Below are positions 52,597 through 63,852 of a DNA stretch of 64,000 bases, in pieces. The notes beneath the pieces were generated by a model, which was given only the letters and a program-made list of their open reading frames with translations, had not been told where the DNA came from and did not search any database. Source of the stretch: Octopus vulgaris (Eukaryota). The translations under genes and the position numbers were made by a program. Position 1 is the stretch's first letter, and the number at the start of each line of letters is the position of its first letter. Where the stretch lies: positions 217,062,001-217,126,000 of the forward strand of contig OX597814.1 in assembly GCA_951406725.2 (NCBI GenBank), read 5' to 3'.

Positions 52597-55149
52597 CTAA
52601 AGAAATAAGATCTAAATCTGATAGCTTGTTACTGAATTGTAACCCATAGATTTGTGCCCATATATTTTCCACAAAGGGCAAATTATCAGCTGTATGAATG
52701 AACACCTTACTAATTTGGCCATTTATTGAGTAGCAATGAATTATGAAAAACAGTGATTTTGAAGTTATTTAAATAAATTGCAACTAATCATAAAACAATT
52801 CCTCACAGATGTAGTAGAAAAGTTGGTTGGACAATGGCAATTAGCTTAGGGGCTATAGAGAAAGATGAAAGCTGGAAGGAAGAAACAAATGGCTCATTTA
52901 TGATGAAAACCCAGAACAAATTAACAATCAACCTATTGTGTTAAGTGGTGCCCTTAATATGGATATTAGCTTTGCTTCTGTGAGGGGTTTTATAATTCAT
53001 AATAATGAAGCACTGATATTTTTAATCAATAGAACTTGATTTTTTTTTAAGGATTTCTAATATATGTAACAAAGCTTTCACCAACAGCCTTGTAACATGT
53101 GCTGTAAAGAACTTGCAATACCCCAGACACCAGTATAGTATTTAAAGGGATAAAACATGCACTTCTATATATATAACTTCTATTGCTGTCATAATTAGTC
53201 AAATGCTGCTCTTATATATTCAACACTGAAGTCTTTCTCACTTTAGTCATAATTGATCCAGTGTAGGGATAGGTAACACCAATTTGCATATTGCAAAATG
53301 CATTGTGCAGTTCAGGTATATGACAAGGTGTAAATCGGGATTTTTCTAAGAAGCTACATACTTCGTAGATAGTGTTTGTTCAATCACAGTACATACAACA
53401 ATATTAGAACACAGTAGTAGACTGAGCAAATGACCTACTAGAAACAGAAGCCAAATCCCTCTGGTCTTAAACAATTAGATATAGATGCCCTTAAAAAATT
53501 AGGATGATCAGAGCTTTACATTTTTTTTTGATGATAGGTTTACTGAGTCAAAGTTGACCTGGGGTTAAATAACATAGCAGTGGATCAAAGTATACATCCA
53601 CCAGTAATCCAGTGTTCAAGATACACAATAATTCACAGTATATGCTTACTACAAAATACACACACACACACATTTGTTGCTCAATGTCTCCCACACAAAC
53701 ACACAAACTGGTGAAGCAATAACTGCAGACACTGGAGATCAATATCAATACATTACACAAACTATTAAAAATTTACACGTATCCATTCACACATCAGTAG
53801 ATTAAAGTCTCAATACATTCGCGAATCAATGCGAGTGTATGTGAATATGATCGCTGTTGAGAGTCCCTACTACTAGAAATAGCAGCTCTCGGTCTACACG
53901 TAGCAGTCTCTAAAAAGGACATGATGGACAAGAAGGTAACGAACTGGCAGAACTGTTAGCACGTCTAAGTTCAAATTCTGCCACGGTCAGCCTCGTCTTT
54001 CATCCTTTTCGAATGCGATGAAATAAGTACCAGTTGAGCACTGGGGTCGATATGATCGATTAGCACCGTTCCATATCAAATGTCAGACCTTGTGTTTATT
54101 AGTAGAAGGGATTACTACAAAGAAAAACAAAACACGGGATTGTCATATCTTGAATGCCTTTGTCAAAGGTCTACTCAACAACTGCAGCTAAACAGTCAAG
54201 GAGGAAGTCTTCAGTTTCAGCAGTGGCAGATAAGAGATGTTCAGATAGAATTGTTGGCAAATGAGGAGTGCTAACAAAGAGGTTACGAGTTGTGCGTGGG
54301 TGGAGGCAGCCTTCGAAAGGAAAAGGCCAGATAGAGTGAACTGGGAGGGTGAGAAAGACAATTGGGAACTTGACCTGTGAACTTGTAACCTTTCAACAAA
54401 CGTTATTATTATTTCAATAGGTGGGAACATGTAGTAGAAACATGTTAACGTAAATGCATTTACGAGTGCCGGAACACGTTGACCTTTCCTGGGAATTAAT
54501 TTACTAATAACCAGGAAGAGGAACAAGTGTGTGAACTGAAGTTATCTTTTGCCTATCTATTGTATGTATCTTTCTCGGCCATCTATTATCTTCTGTCAAA
54601 GCATGATTATAGTTATTCACGCCAAGATGAAACAGAATTTATTAATGAACAATACATAAGAGAAAACACTTATGGTCCGAGGGGCGAGAGATGGTCATCG
54701 TCAGCAACAATAAACAGTTAATAGAATTAGTTGGTGTGAAGATGAGTTCCGAAATTTATCTCCAGCTTTAAACCTTTTTAACAAAGAGAAAATAATCGAA
54801 CACGCATAAAGAGAAGGCCGATCGAAGACTGAAAGTCAACTTAAAGCATCGAGAACATATACGTTGTACAAACATAACAAAACATCTGATATGACCTATA
54901 TAAAAAATGAAAAATAAGGCGAACGATCAGTTGACATTTTCCAGTTGCGAGTCAACACGTTTTTACATTCTTTGACAACTATATATTTAAAGAGGTCTTA
55001 GTTGAACCCTTTATGGACGGGAAACCCAGGGTAAACTCATAAACCGGCCATCACCAGATAAAAATATAGACTGCTCTATTTCTTAAAGTGTGCTTCTTCG
55101 GATTTATGTTTTTTTAAAAACTATATATATATATTATTTTATAGAAGGA

Positions 55150-55198
55150 GCTTCTACAGGACTAGAACTGTTTCATTCAAAAGAAATCATCAGGAAGC
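55150..55198 (-). ncRNA. Type I hammerhead ribozyme motif (inverted copy)
   Basis: Exact reverse complement of 55300-55348. Confidence 0.72.
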
Positions 55199-55299
55199 AA
55201 GCGCCATGCCTACCCCCAAAAAAGTCCCCCACCACCACCCATTTTAACCCATTTTAACCTGCCTAAATGTATAAATACCAAAACAACTCTTGTCTAATT

Positions 55300-55348
55300 G
55301 CTTCCTGATGATTTCTTTTGAATGAAACAGTTCTAGTCCTGTAGAAGC
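55300..55348 (+). ncRNA. Type I hammerhead ribozyme motif
   Basis: GCTTC CTGATGA T TTC TTTT GAA T GAAA CAG TTCTAGTC CTG TA GAAGC: stem I 5 bp, stem II 3 bp + U.U, stem III 4 bp, GUA triplet (predicted cut after 55343). Confidence 0.75.
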
Positions 55349-55431
55349 TCCTTCTATAAAATAAATTAATTTACTCTGCTATGTATTGAGTACCTTATTT
55401 ACTGTGGTTAACCCCGACTCAACCCGGGACC

Positions 55432-55473
<42 letters not shown>

Positions 55474-57066
55474 CACACAATTGTTCGTAATAGAAATCTT
55501 GTCAATAAGTATTGAAAGATATTAAAGGAAGACAAACAATATTGTAAAATGTATTAGAATTTTAGCCATGAAAGAATGCCAAGTTATAATCCTTTTCTTC
55601 ATTTAATGCTATGTGAAAAGACTATATTATTTGCAATACTTTAAGAGAAATCACAAGTGTCAGCGAACAAAGAAATGGTGACGCGATTCCATGGTAACCC
55701 TTTTACTTCGTTTGCGTTGCTTATGCCGCTTGAAATGGATATGTTGGATTCAATAATGAATATTCTGGTTGTTCGATCAACTGAACTGCCTGCTCATTGA
55801 TTTGTAATGTGAGAAAGTACTCCACAGACACATGTACTCTTAATCTTATTCACAAGCAGAATTAAGATTATAGTGCGACACTGTATGGCAAAGCAACCCC
55901 CCCCCCATTCTCGGAATTACAGTCGGGCTGACAGAATTATGCATTTTCCGTCAGTTTTTGTTTCACTCTTAAAGTTTAGGTAGACTTATGGCTACAATAA
56001 AAGTCACTTGACCACGATGACATGAATTGAGAACAAACCCGGGACCTCATAATTGCGAAGCGAACTCTTTAATCACTTGACCAGGCTTGAGTCCTAATTA
56101 ATCTAGTGGCACTGCAACGCTGTATGAGAAATCAAAATCGTGTATCTGTTGTTTCACAAACACCTTGATGTGACACACTGTTACACGTTTGCAACAAATG
56201 TAGTTAGCCTTTAGCCTCACGCGTTGGACTTCACACACAAATATTCTCTTTTATTCTTTTTAAAAAAATTATTTCACAGTAAACATATTGCGAGGACGGG
56301 TTTATAAGTGGGACAGTCAAATTTTAATGAAATCAAAGACTTTTGCTGTACACAACTTAGCCATAGTTAATTTTGAATTTGTTTCCACAGTCACTACACA
56401 GTGCGTGTGTAATTACTTACATACGGAGCATACATACAAAAACAAATAGGCTCCCAGCGTGCTTCAAACGTGTAATGAAGTGCTGAGTAACAAAGCACAT
56501 GCAATTAAGTTGCACATATCCAACTTTTAGGTTGTCATAATAATTATTATAGGTTAGAAAGACAGTATTTAATGACTAGCAGCTTGTTTTAATTGACCCC
56601 GCTGACACTGAAGGCGTGTAATTAGAGCAACGTCAAGAGGTAGATCGGAAGGAGTGAGGGTGGGGCAGAGCAGAGAGAATAGGTGTATAAGATTAAAAAC
56701 AAAAACCAATTGAAACTACGTTGTTCTGACAATCTTAATGCGTAACATTTTAAGAAATGAATGAGTTGACGTGGGAAAGGCGTTGGCGGGTTTCCCATAC
56801 GTTTAAATCCCACTCTTTATTTCTCTAAAAACAGGGAGAGAAAAACAACAGTTATAGAGGTAGTGATGGGGGTATTCTTATTACTTCTGTATTTTCTTTA
56901 AACAAACAAGGTAGATTAATAGTATCATGAATATTGATTACGTGGGTAGGCATGTCATTGATTGAGTCGACACATATATGTTGCTAATACTTGGGTTATT
57001 GGATCTGGAAGGACAAAATATTAAGTATGAACTTCAGACCGAGTATAATGAAACTATACTGTAATA

Positions 57067-57232
57067 CAGTGGTTCTCAACCTGTGGTCCGCAAAGATAGT
57101 ACTAGAGGATCATGAACTGAATTCAGAATTTCATATATACATACATACACACACACACAAGGATAAGCATATTAAAAGGGGTCCGTGGGAAAATTCATTT
57201 AAATAAAATAGTGAAAATGTTGAGAACTACTG
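57067..57232. mobile_element. hAT/Charlie-like MITE
   Basis: TIRs CAGTGGTTCTCAAC / GTTGAGAACTACTG; degenerate 8-bp TSD CTGTAATA / CCGTAATG. Confidence 0.8.
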
Positions 57233-59337
57233 CCGTAATGCATCTAGTTTGACACTTTAAATGCTTCAATTATCTTTACATCCCTTCGTTGTGTATAGAT
57301 AATAATAATAATAAATAAACCAAAAATTATTGTAGATATAGATGAAACTGAAGAAATACAATGAGTTTACAGAGATACACACTTGGGCGAAAGTAAAGAA
57401 TAGGCACACCCGATGTTTACAGTTTTTGTTACACCGAAAACGGGTGGAGTACGTAAGTTTATGAAAATACTTGGGATTGAAACCAAACCGTGCGCATTCG
57501 ACTCGCCTGGAATTTTCTCTCTCTCTCTCTCTCTCTCTCTGACCTCATTGGTTTTATTTAAAAAGAAAAAATAATAATAAACGACTGAAGCAGGTGTGAA
57601 AATAGTTATGTTTAAGATAGGTGTTATCAAATTTCTGCTCTGCCAGAGTGGTTTTGTGAGAGTAATCAGTTAAAATAGCTTTGGTAGAAAAAGTTTTCTA
57701 GTTTTAATTCGACTTGTTATTAATGTAAATGGAGGTGATAATAGTGGGGAAAAAGACGAAGTGTTTTGCTCTGGAATTAAAGTATGTAGTGGTACTAGTA
57801 TCGTATGTAGTATATGTTGTATAAACCACGCAGACTCTGCGCACAAAGTAGAAAAAAAATTAAATACAGAATATACGCGAACTAACAGCGAGCGAAGGGT
57901 GCTTGAATGACAGACGAAGTGGTTGATAGAAAACTACTTCAGTTTATGAGACACGAGTGTGTAAATATACGTACCTGTATAAATCAGGGGACTTATCCGT
58001 AAACAGTATGTTATCATAATCCGAATAAGAGGACATTCTCCGAAAGGATTTCATCATTGAAGAACTGGGCTGCAGGTCTCCTCTCTGGATATGTGTAATG
58101 TATAGAGAATGGAGAAGTTTTTAAACCAACTTCTGTTTTTCCCGTATTATTACCTGTTGTTGAATTTTTTCTTTATTCGTTTGTTTCGTTGCCGAACTTT
58201 GATAAAACTAACAAATCAGTACTGGGATTCATGGTTAATCTTAATCGTGTACAGTCCAATGATTCGGTCGTTTAAAGTTGATTTTATTTAATAACAAGTC
58301 AATAAACACGCAGATAGAAAACTTGTTAATAGAACAGTGACCATCCTACATTGTCATTATAAAAGTTGTCAAAAGCAGGTAATATTATATATACTCATAT
58401 GTAAGTAAGTATATATACTTACTTATACATACATACATAACTTAGTAGAAGTGGCGGTGCGATGTTTAGCTGTCTATTACAGGTAGTCAAATCATTAGCA
58501 GCCACAGAAAGGGAAGGAAGACTGATAGTTTTCCTAAATGTAGAGGCGGTCTATTTGCCGGTAATATCTGACACCTTATTCATTCTCATACTGTTGCTTG
58601 CAACTAATTCAGTCATAAACTTCGCAGACACAATAATACCCACGCTCACTCTGCCTTCTTCTCACCTCTTCTCTCCTCTTATTCTTCACCACAAATGTTT
58701 TCAATAAACAGTCCCGTAACTCTGTCTATTGTTTTCGCCTTATTTATTTAACGATGTGAGGGACACACACACACATAAAAGAGAGTGATGTTTATATATT
58801 TATATACACACAGCTGTCTAGAACGCGGGAAATAGTACTCAATACAAGATTATTATTAAACTTATTCGGATGATGCAGTATGTACCGTTACTCCGAGTTC
58901 CTGCCTACAACCTCTTTACCCTACAAAGAGTATATATATACATATATAAGGGGTTAAAAACAACAAATTAGATACAGTTTATTTTCTACCGTATCATATA
59001 TATAAATATATATATATTGTGGTGTAAAATAGCGCTCACATTTGGAAGTTTCGAGCTGTGGAACCACTGGTACCATCCGAATAAACAAATTAATTTTTCT
59101 CTTCTCTTTGAACATACATATATAAGTTATGGTCAAGATTTTTGAAGTTATTCTGCGATCATCGATTGTCAAACGCGTTGAGAGAGAGGAAGGGGTTGTT
59201 TTATCACAATAGAAATATTTTGTTTCCTCATATTTGTCAGAAATATTTATGAAATTGTCTACAAAGACCTTGGGCAAGTGCCTTCTGCTATAGGCTCAGG
59301 ATTTGGTAGATGGAAACTGAAAGAAGCCCATCGTGTG

Positions 59338-59402
<65 letters not shown>

Positions 59403-59611
59403 AATATTAGGGAATAAATCCAAACTTACAGGGAAAAATCAGATTTAGGATTGAATCCAATTTTATAGTAAAATATTATATTATATTAAATTAGAGATAA
59501 AACCACTATTAGGCAAATCATACAATGAAAAACTTAAGCCAATACATAAGATTATTTAATTTATATTATTTAAATATATAACAAAATTATTTAAAAAAAT
59601 ATAATTAATAT

Positions 59612-59680
59612 AACACTACGATCGTTTCATGGCTGTTAATTTCTTTAAATTTTCGAGTTACAGTCATTCATCAGGTGGTT
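59612..59680 (-). ncRNA. Type I minimal hammerhead motif within a (TA)n-flanked cassette (59399-59711)
   Basis: Minus strand: AACCAC CTGATGA ATGACTGTAA...TTAACAGCCAT GAAA CGATCG TA GTGTT; palindromic stem III ACGATCGT; GUA triplet. Confidence 0.75.
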
Positions 59681-59707
59681 TAAATATTTAACTTGGCGAG
59701 GTTTAAT

Positions 59708-59711
<4 letters not shown>

Positions 59712-59759
<48 letters not shown>

Positions 59760-59876
59760 CATATATATATATAAATACATACACATACACATATATATAT
59801 ATACATATACATACATACACATACACATATATATATATATACATATACATACATACACATATATATATACATACAT

Positions 59877-59909
<33 letters not shown>

Positions 59910-59960
59910 CACATACATACATACATACATACATATATACATACATACACATATATATAT

Positions 59961-60043
<83 letters not shown>

Positions 60044-60048
60044 TATAC

Positions 60049-60079
<31 letters not shown>

Positions 60080-60084
60080 TATAC

Positions 60085-60115
<31 letters not shown>

Positions 60116-60180
60116 TATACACATACATACATACATATATATATATACACATACATACATACATACATATATATATATAC

Positions 60181-60211
<31 letters not shown>

Positions 60212-60212
60212 T

Positions 60213-60245
<33 letters not shown>

Positions 60246-60254
60246 TATATATAC

Positions 60255-60285
<31 letters not shown>

Positions 60286-60294
60286 TATATATAC

Positions 60295-60325
<31 letters not shown>

Positions 60326-60340
60326 TATATATACACATAC

Positions 60341-60371
<31 letters not shown>

Positions 60372-60378
60372 CACATAC

Positions 60379-60411
<33 letters not shown>

Positions 60412-60414
60412 CAC

Positions 60415-60501
<87 letters not shown>

Positions 60502-60523
60502 CATACATACATATATATATACA
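59712..60523. repeat. Compound (TA)n/(TACA)n/(CA)n microsatellite
   Basis: Direct inspection; source of the long YIYI/HTHT pseudo-ORFs. Confidence 0.97.
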
Positions 60524-60561
60524 TAAATTGATCAAAATAAAAACATGATGCGAAGGATTCA

Positions 60562-60639
60562 GCGGTACATATGTTTCGGGCCTTTATTAGACAGATTTAT
60601 AACAATGCATAATGTATGTCTGTGGCCTTCTTCAGCCGC
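60562..60639 (-). ncRNA. Type I minimal hammerhead motif (inverted copy)
   Basis: Reverse complement of 60963-61040. Confidence 0.75.
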
Positions 60640-60962
60640 GCACAACAGCTTCCACAAGGACATGTGTTACATCAAAAATTCTTGGTTGGGGATGCAAATC
60701 CTCCCATTCGCGTACGACATAATGCGGCAGCAGCATAGAATTGAAGCGTCCATCTCTTTCTTCTCTCAATGTAGGATGAGAGAAGAAAGAGATGGACGCA
60801 ATACATCAATACATCAATGTATCCCCAATACATTGAGAGAAGAAAGAGATGGACGCTTCAATTCTATGCTGCTGCCGCATTATGTCGTACGCGAATGGGA
60901 GGATTTGCATCCCCAACCAAGAATTTTTGATGTAACACATGTCCTTGTGGAAGCTGTTGTGC

Positions 60963-61040
60963 GCGGCTGAAGAAGGCCACAGACATACATTATGCATTGT
61001 TATAAATCTGTCTAATAAAGGCCCGAAACATATGTACCGC
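60963..61040 (+). ncRNA. Type I minimal hammerhead motif
   Basis: GCGG CTGAAGA A GGCC ACAGA...TCTGT..GGCC C GAAA CATATG TA CCGC; palindromic stem III ACATATGT; GUA triplet (predicted cut after 61036). Confidence 0.78.
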
Positions 61041-61147
61041 TGAATCCTTCGCATCATGTTTTTATTTTGATCAATTTACTCCACCACCTACACCACCAAA
61101 CGGTATACACAGGTGCTTATAATTATCAAGTACTCACCCCGAATTTC

Positions 61148-61326
61148 TATATATATATATATATATACATACATACATACATACATATATATATATATAC
61201 ATACATACATACATATATATATATATATACACATACATACATACATATATATATATATACACATACATACATACATATATATATATATATACACATACAT
61301 ACATACATATATATATATATATACAC

Positions 61327-61357
<31 letters not shown>

Positions 61358-61476
61358 CACATACATACATACATACATATATATATATATACACATACAT
61401 ACATACATACATATATATATATATATACATACATACATACATATATATATATATATACATACATATATATATATAT

Positions 61477-61507
<31 letters not shown>

Positions 61508-61560
61508 CACATACATACATACATATATATATACACATACATACATACATATATATATAC

Positions 61561-61601
<41 letters not shown>

Positions 61602-61730
61602 CATACATATATATATATATGTGTATATATATATATATACATACATATATATATATATATATATATGTGTGTGTATATATATATATACATGCATACATAT
61701 ATATACATACATATATATGTATATATGTAT
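61148..61730. repeat. Compound (TA)n/(TACA)n microsatellite
   Basis: Direct inspection. Confidence 0.97.
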
Positions 61731-62291
61731 GTGTCAGTATCCCCAATATCGCGTGACAACCGATGTTCCCGTAACTTAGTGGTTTGGCAAAAGGCACTGA
61801 TTGAATAAGTACTAGGTATACAAATAATAAGTCCAGGGGTTTATTTGTTCAACTAAAGGCGATGCTCCAGCATGGCCACAGTCAAATAGCTGAAACTAAC
61901 AACTGAATAAAAGGGTACTCTTCAGAGTGTGTACTTTACAATTATATCGTTATTTAATATGAAAAAGAATATTGGTAGACACAATATTTTTTAGAAATTT
62001 CAAGTTTCATTTTGTAAATCTATGTGATGTGTGTCAGTATATATGTGTATGAGCACAACAGTTTGTTCTTTTTTCATCTATTAAATTCCTTTGCTTTGTG
62101 CCGTTGCTTGGCCTGCCTGAAATAGAAACTGCACAATGGATAATGTAGTCCTGGGTACATTATTTTAAAAAAGAGGAAAAGAACCCAGAAGTCCTTTTAT
62201 CATAGGTTTCTTTAATTAGTCCTGAGCTGGAGTAAAATAAATCCATTTTCATGACATCATATATATATATACATATATGTATATACATATA

Positions 62292-62700
62292 GGCGCAGGA
62301 GTGGTTGTGTGGTAAGTAGCTTGTTTACCAACCACATGGTTCTGGGTTCAGTCCCACTGCGTGGCACCTTGGGCAAGTGTCTTCTACTATAGCCTCAGGC
62401 CGACCAAAGCCTTGTGAGTGGATTTGGTAGACGGAAACTGAAATACGCCCGTTGTATATATGTATATATATATATGTGTCTGTGTGTGTTTGTGTGTCTG
62501 TGTTTGTCCCCCTAGCATTCCTTGACAACCGATGCTGGTGTGTTTATGTCCACGTTACTTAGCAGTTCGGCAAAAAGAGACCGATAGAATAAGTACTGGG
62601 CTTACAAAGAATAAGTCCCGGGGTCGATTTGCTCGACTAAAGGTGGTGCTCCAGCATGACCGCAGTCAAATGACTGAAACAAGTAAAAGAGTAAAGAGTA
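62292..62700 (+). mobile_element. SINE family A, young
   Basis: Near-identical to 11823-12232. Confidence 0.92.
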
Positions 62701-62860
62701 TACACGTGTGTGTGTGTGTGTGTACAAGCATGGATGACTGAAGATCTTTTTCTTTGCATACTTATGCATGATACATAACATACATACCTCTCTTGAATGT
62801 GTTGACAATTTCAGTAAAGTTTGCTTAGCATATAGGAAATCATCATCATTATTATTACAT

Positions 62861-63075
62861 AAGGCAGTGAGCTAGCATAATCATTAGCATGCTGGATTAA
62901 ATGCTTAGTGGTATTTCGCCCATCACTCTGTTCTGAGTTCAAATTCCTCTGAGGTCAACTTTGCCTTTCATCCTTTTGGGGTCAATAAAAATATGTACCC
63001 ATTGTAAAACTGGAGTCAACGTAATTGATTCATCCCCTCCCCCATAATTGCTGCCCCTGTGGCAAAATTTGAAAC
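62861..63075 (+). mobile_element. SINE family B
   Basis: AAGGCAGTGAGCTAGCA head and GGTCAACTTTGCCTTTCATCCTTTTGGGGTCAATAAAA block. Confidence 0.82.
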
Positions 63076-63491
63076 CCTCATTATTATTATTACAGAGGTT
63101 AGGTTGTTTTTTTTAGCTGCAGGTCAGCTTTAACTAAGCACACCTGTAATCAGAGATATTCCAGTTCTACCTATCCTGCCTTTTTACTGAAGTACAAGTG
63201 ACACATTCGCGTATGTGATTTCAGAGAGGTTTGCAGCTATTTCTATCAGGTTGAATGATCACATGGAGATATCATCATTGACATGTAGGCCAAATTTATA
63301 CCAGTAATATAAGTAGTAGTCGAGCACTGAGTTTATGTAAGGGATTGTAATCCTTCCTCACCATAACCTTAGGACTTATGCCTCATTATAGGTGCAGGCA
63401 TAGCTGTGAGGTTAAGAAGCTTGATTCCAAACTAGGTGATTTCAGGTTCTGCATGGAAGGTGGATGTTACACAATGATAATGATGATGATG

Positions 63492-63533
<42 letters not shown>

Positions 63534-63752
63534 TATAATTATTAGGGAATATTACTTCTTAGTACACAGGAAAAGGACATTCACATTCGATGTACTAAAA
63601 TGAACATATTTTTTACTCCTTAAGTTTTTAATATTCAGTTATTATTTTTATTTATTTTTTATTTGCATTTCTATTCATTTGTACGTTGATAAGTAAGATT
63701 ATATCGAAGATATAGAGTATCATGGACATATATAAGAGGTAGGGAGGAATCT

Positions 63753-63852
63753 AGACCTGAAGATTGAGAGTATGTCGACCCGAGTAAGTATTGAAACTAG
63801 ATACCTCGTAGCTAATCGATACCGATGTACTTTCATGAAACACGTGTAGTCT
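63753..63852 (+). ncRNA. Type I hammerhead motif with long branched stem II, within a (TA)-flanked cassette (~63530-63985)
   Basis: AGAC CTGAAGA T TGAGAGTATGTCG ... CGATGTACTTTCA T GAAA CACGTG TA GTCT; 13-bp stem II including G.U pairs; palindromic stem III ACACGTGT; GUA triplet. Confidence 0.8.

Larger units (their letters stand above)
55134..55433 (+). mobile_element. (TA)n-embedded Penelope pLTR-like cassette: 67-bp inverted repeat plus 3' tail
   Basis: Perfect arms at 55134-55200 and 55298-55364, a 97-bp spacer, a ~69-bp unique tail, and (TA)n on both sides. Confidence 0.8.
60524..61147 (+). mobile_element. Penelope pLTR-like cassette: 250-bp inverted repeat plus 69-bp tail
   Basis: Arms 60524-60773 and 60829-61078 appear perfectly complementary by eye; 55-bp scrambled spacer; unique tail 61079-61147; microsatellite on both sides. 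Confidence 0.85.
59267..61912 (+). mobile_element. Family A SINE split by expansion of, and insertions into, its internal microsatellite
   Basis: 5' module at 59267-59335 (ACCTTGGGCAAGTG..GAAACTGAAAGAAGCCCATCG) and 3' module at ~61730-61912 (GACAACCGATG..CTCCAGCATGGCCACAGTC) lie ~2.4 kb apart in the correct order. Confidence 0.75.

Noticed and set aside
60545-61057. Mirror ORFs starting [18 protein letters not shown] on both strands
   Set aside because: A direct consequence of the palindrome; no recognisable protein motif.
59645-61808. Long ORFs of 190-296 aa (YIYI/VCMY/HTHT)
   Set aside because: Stop-free translations of microsatellites; the same applies to 14098-15149, 1309-1599 and similar ORFs.
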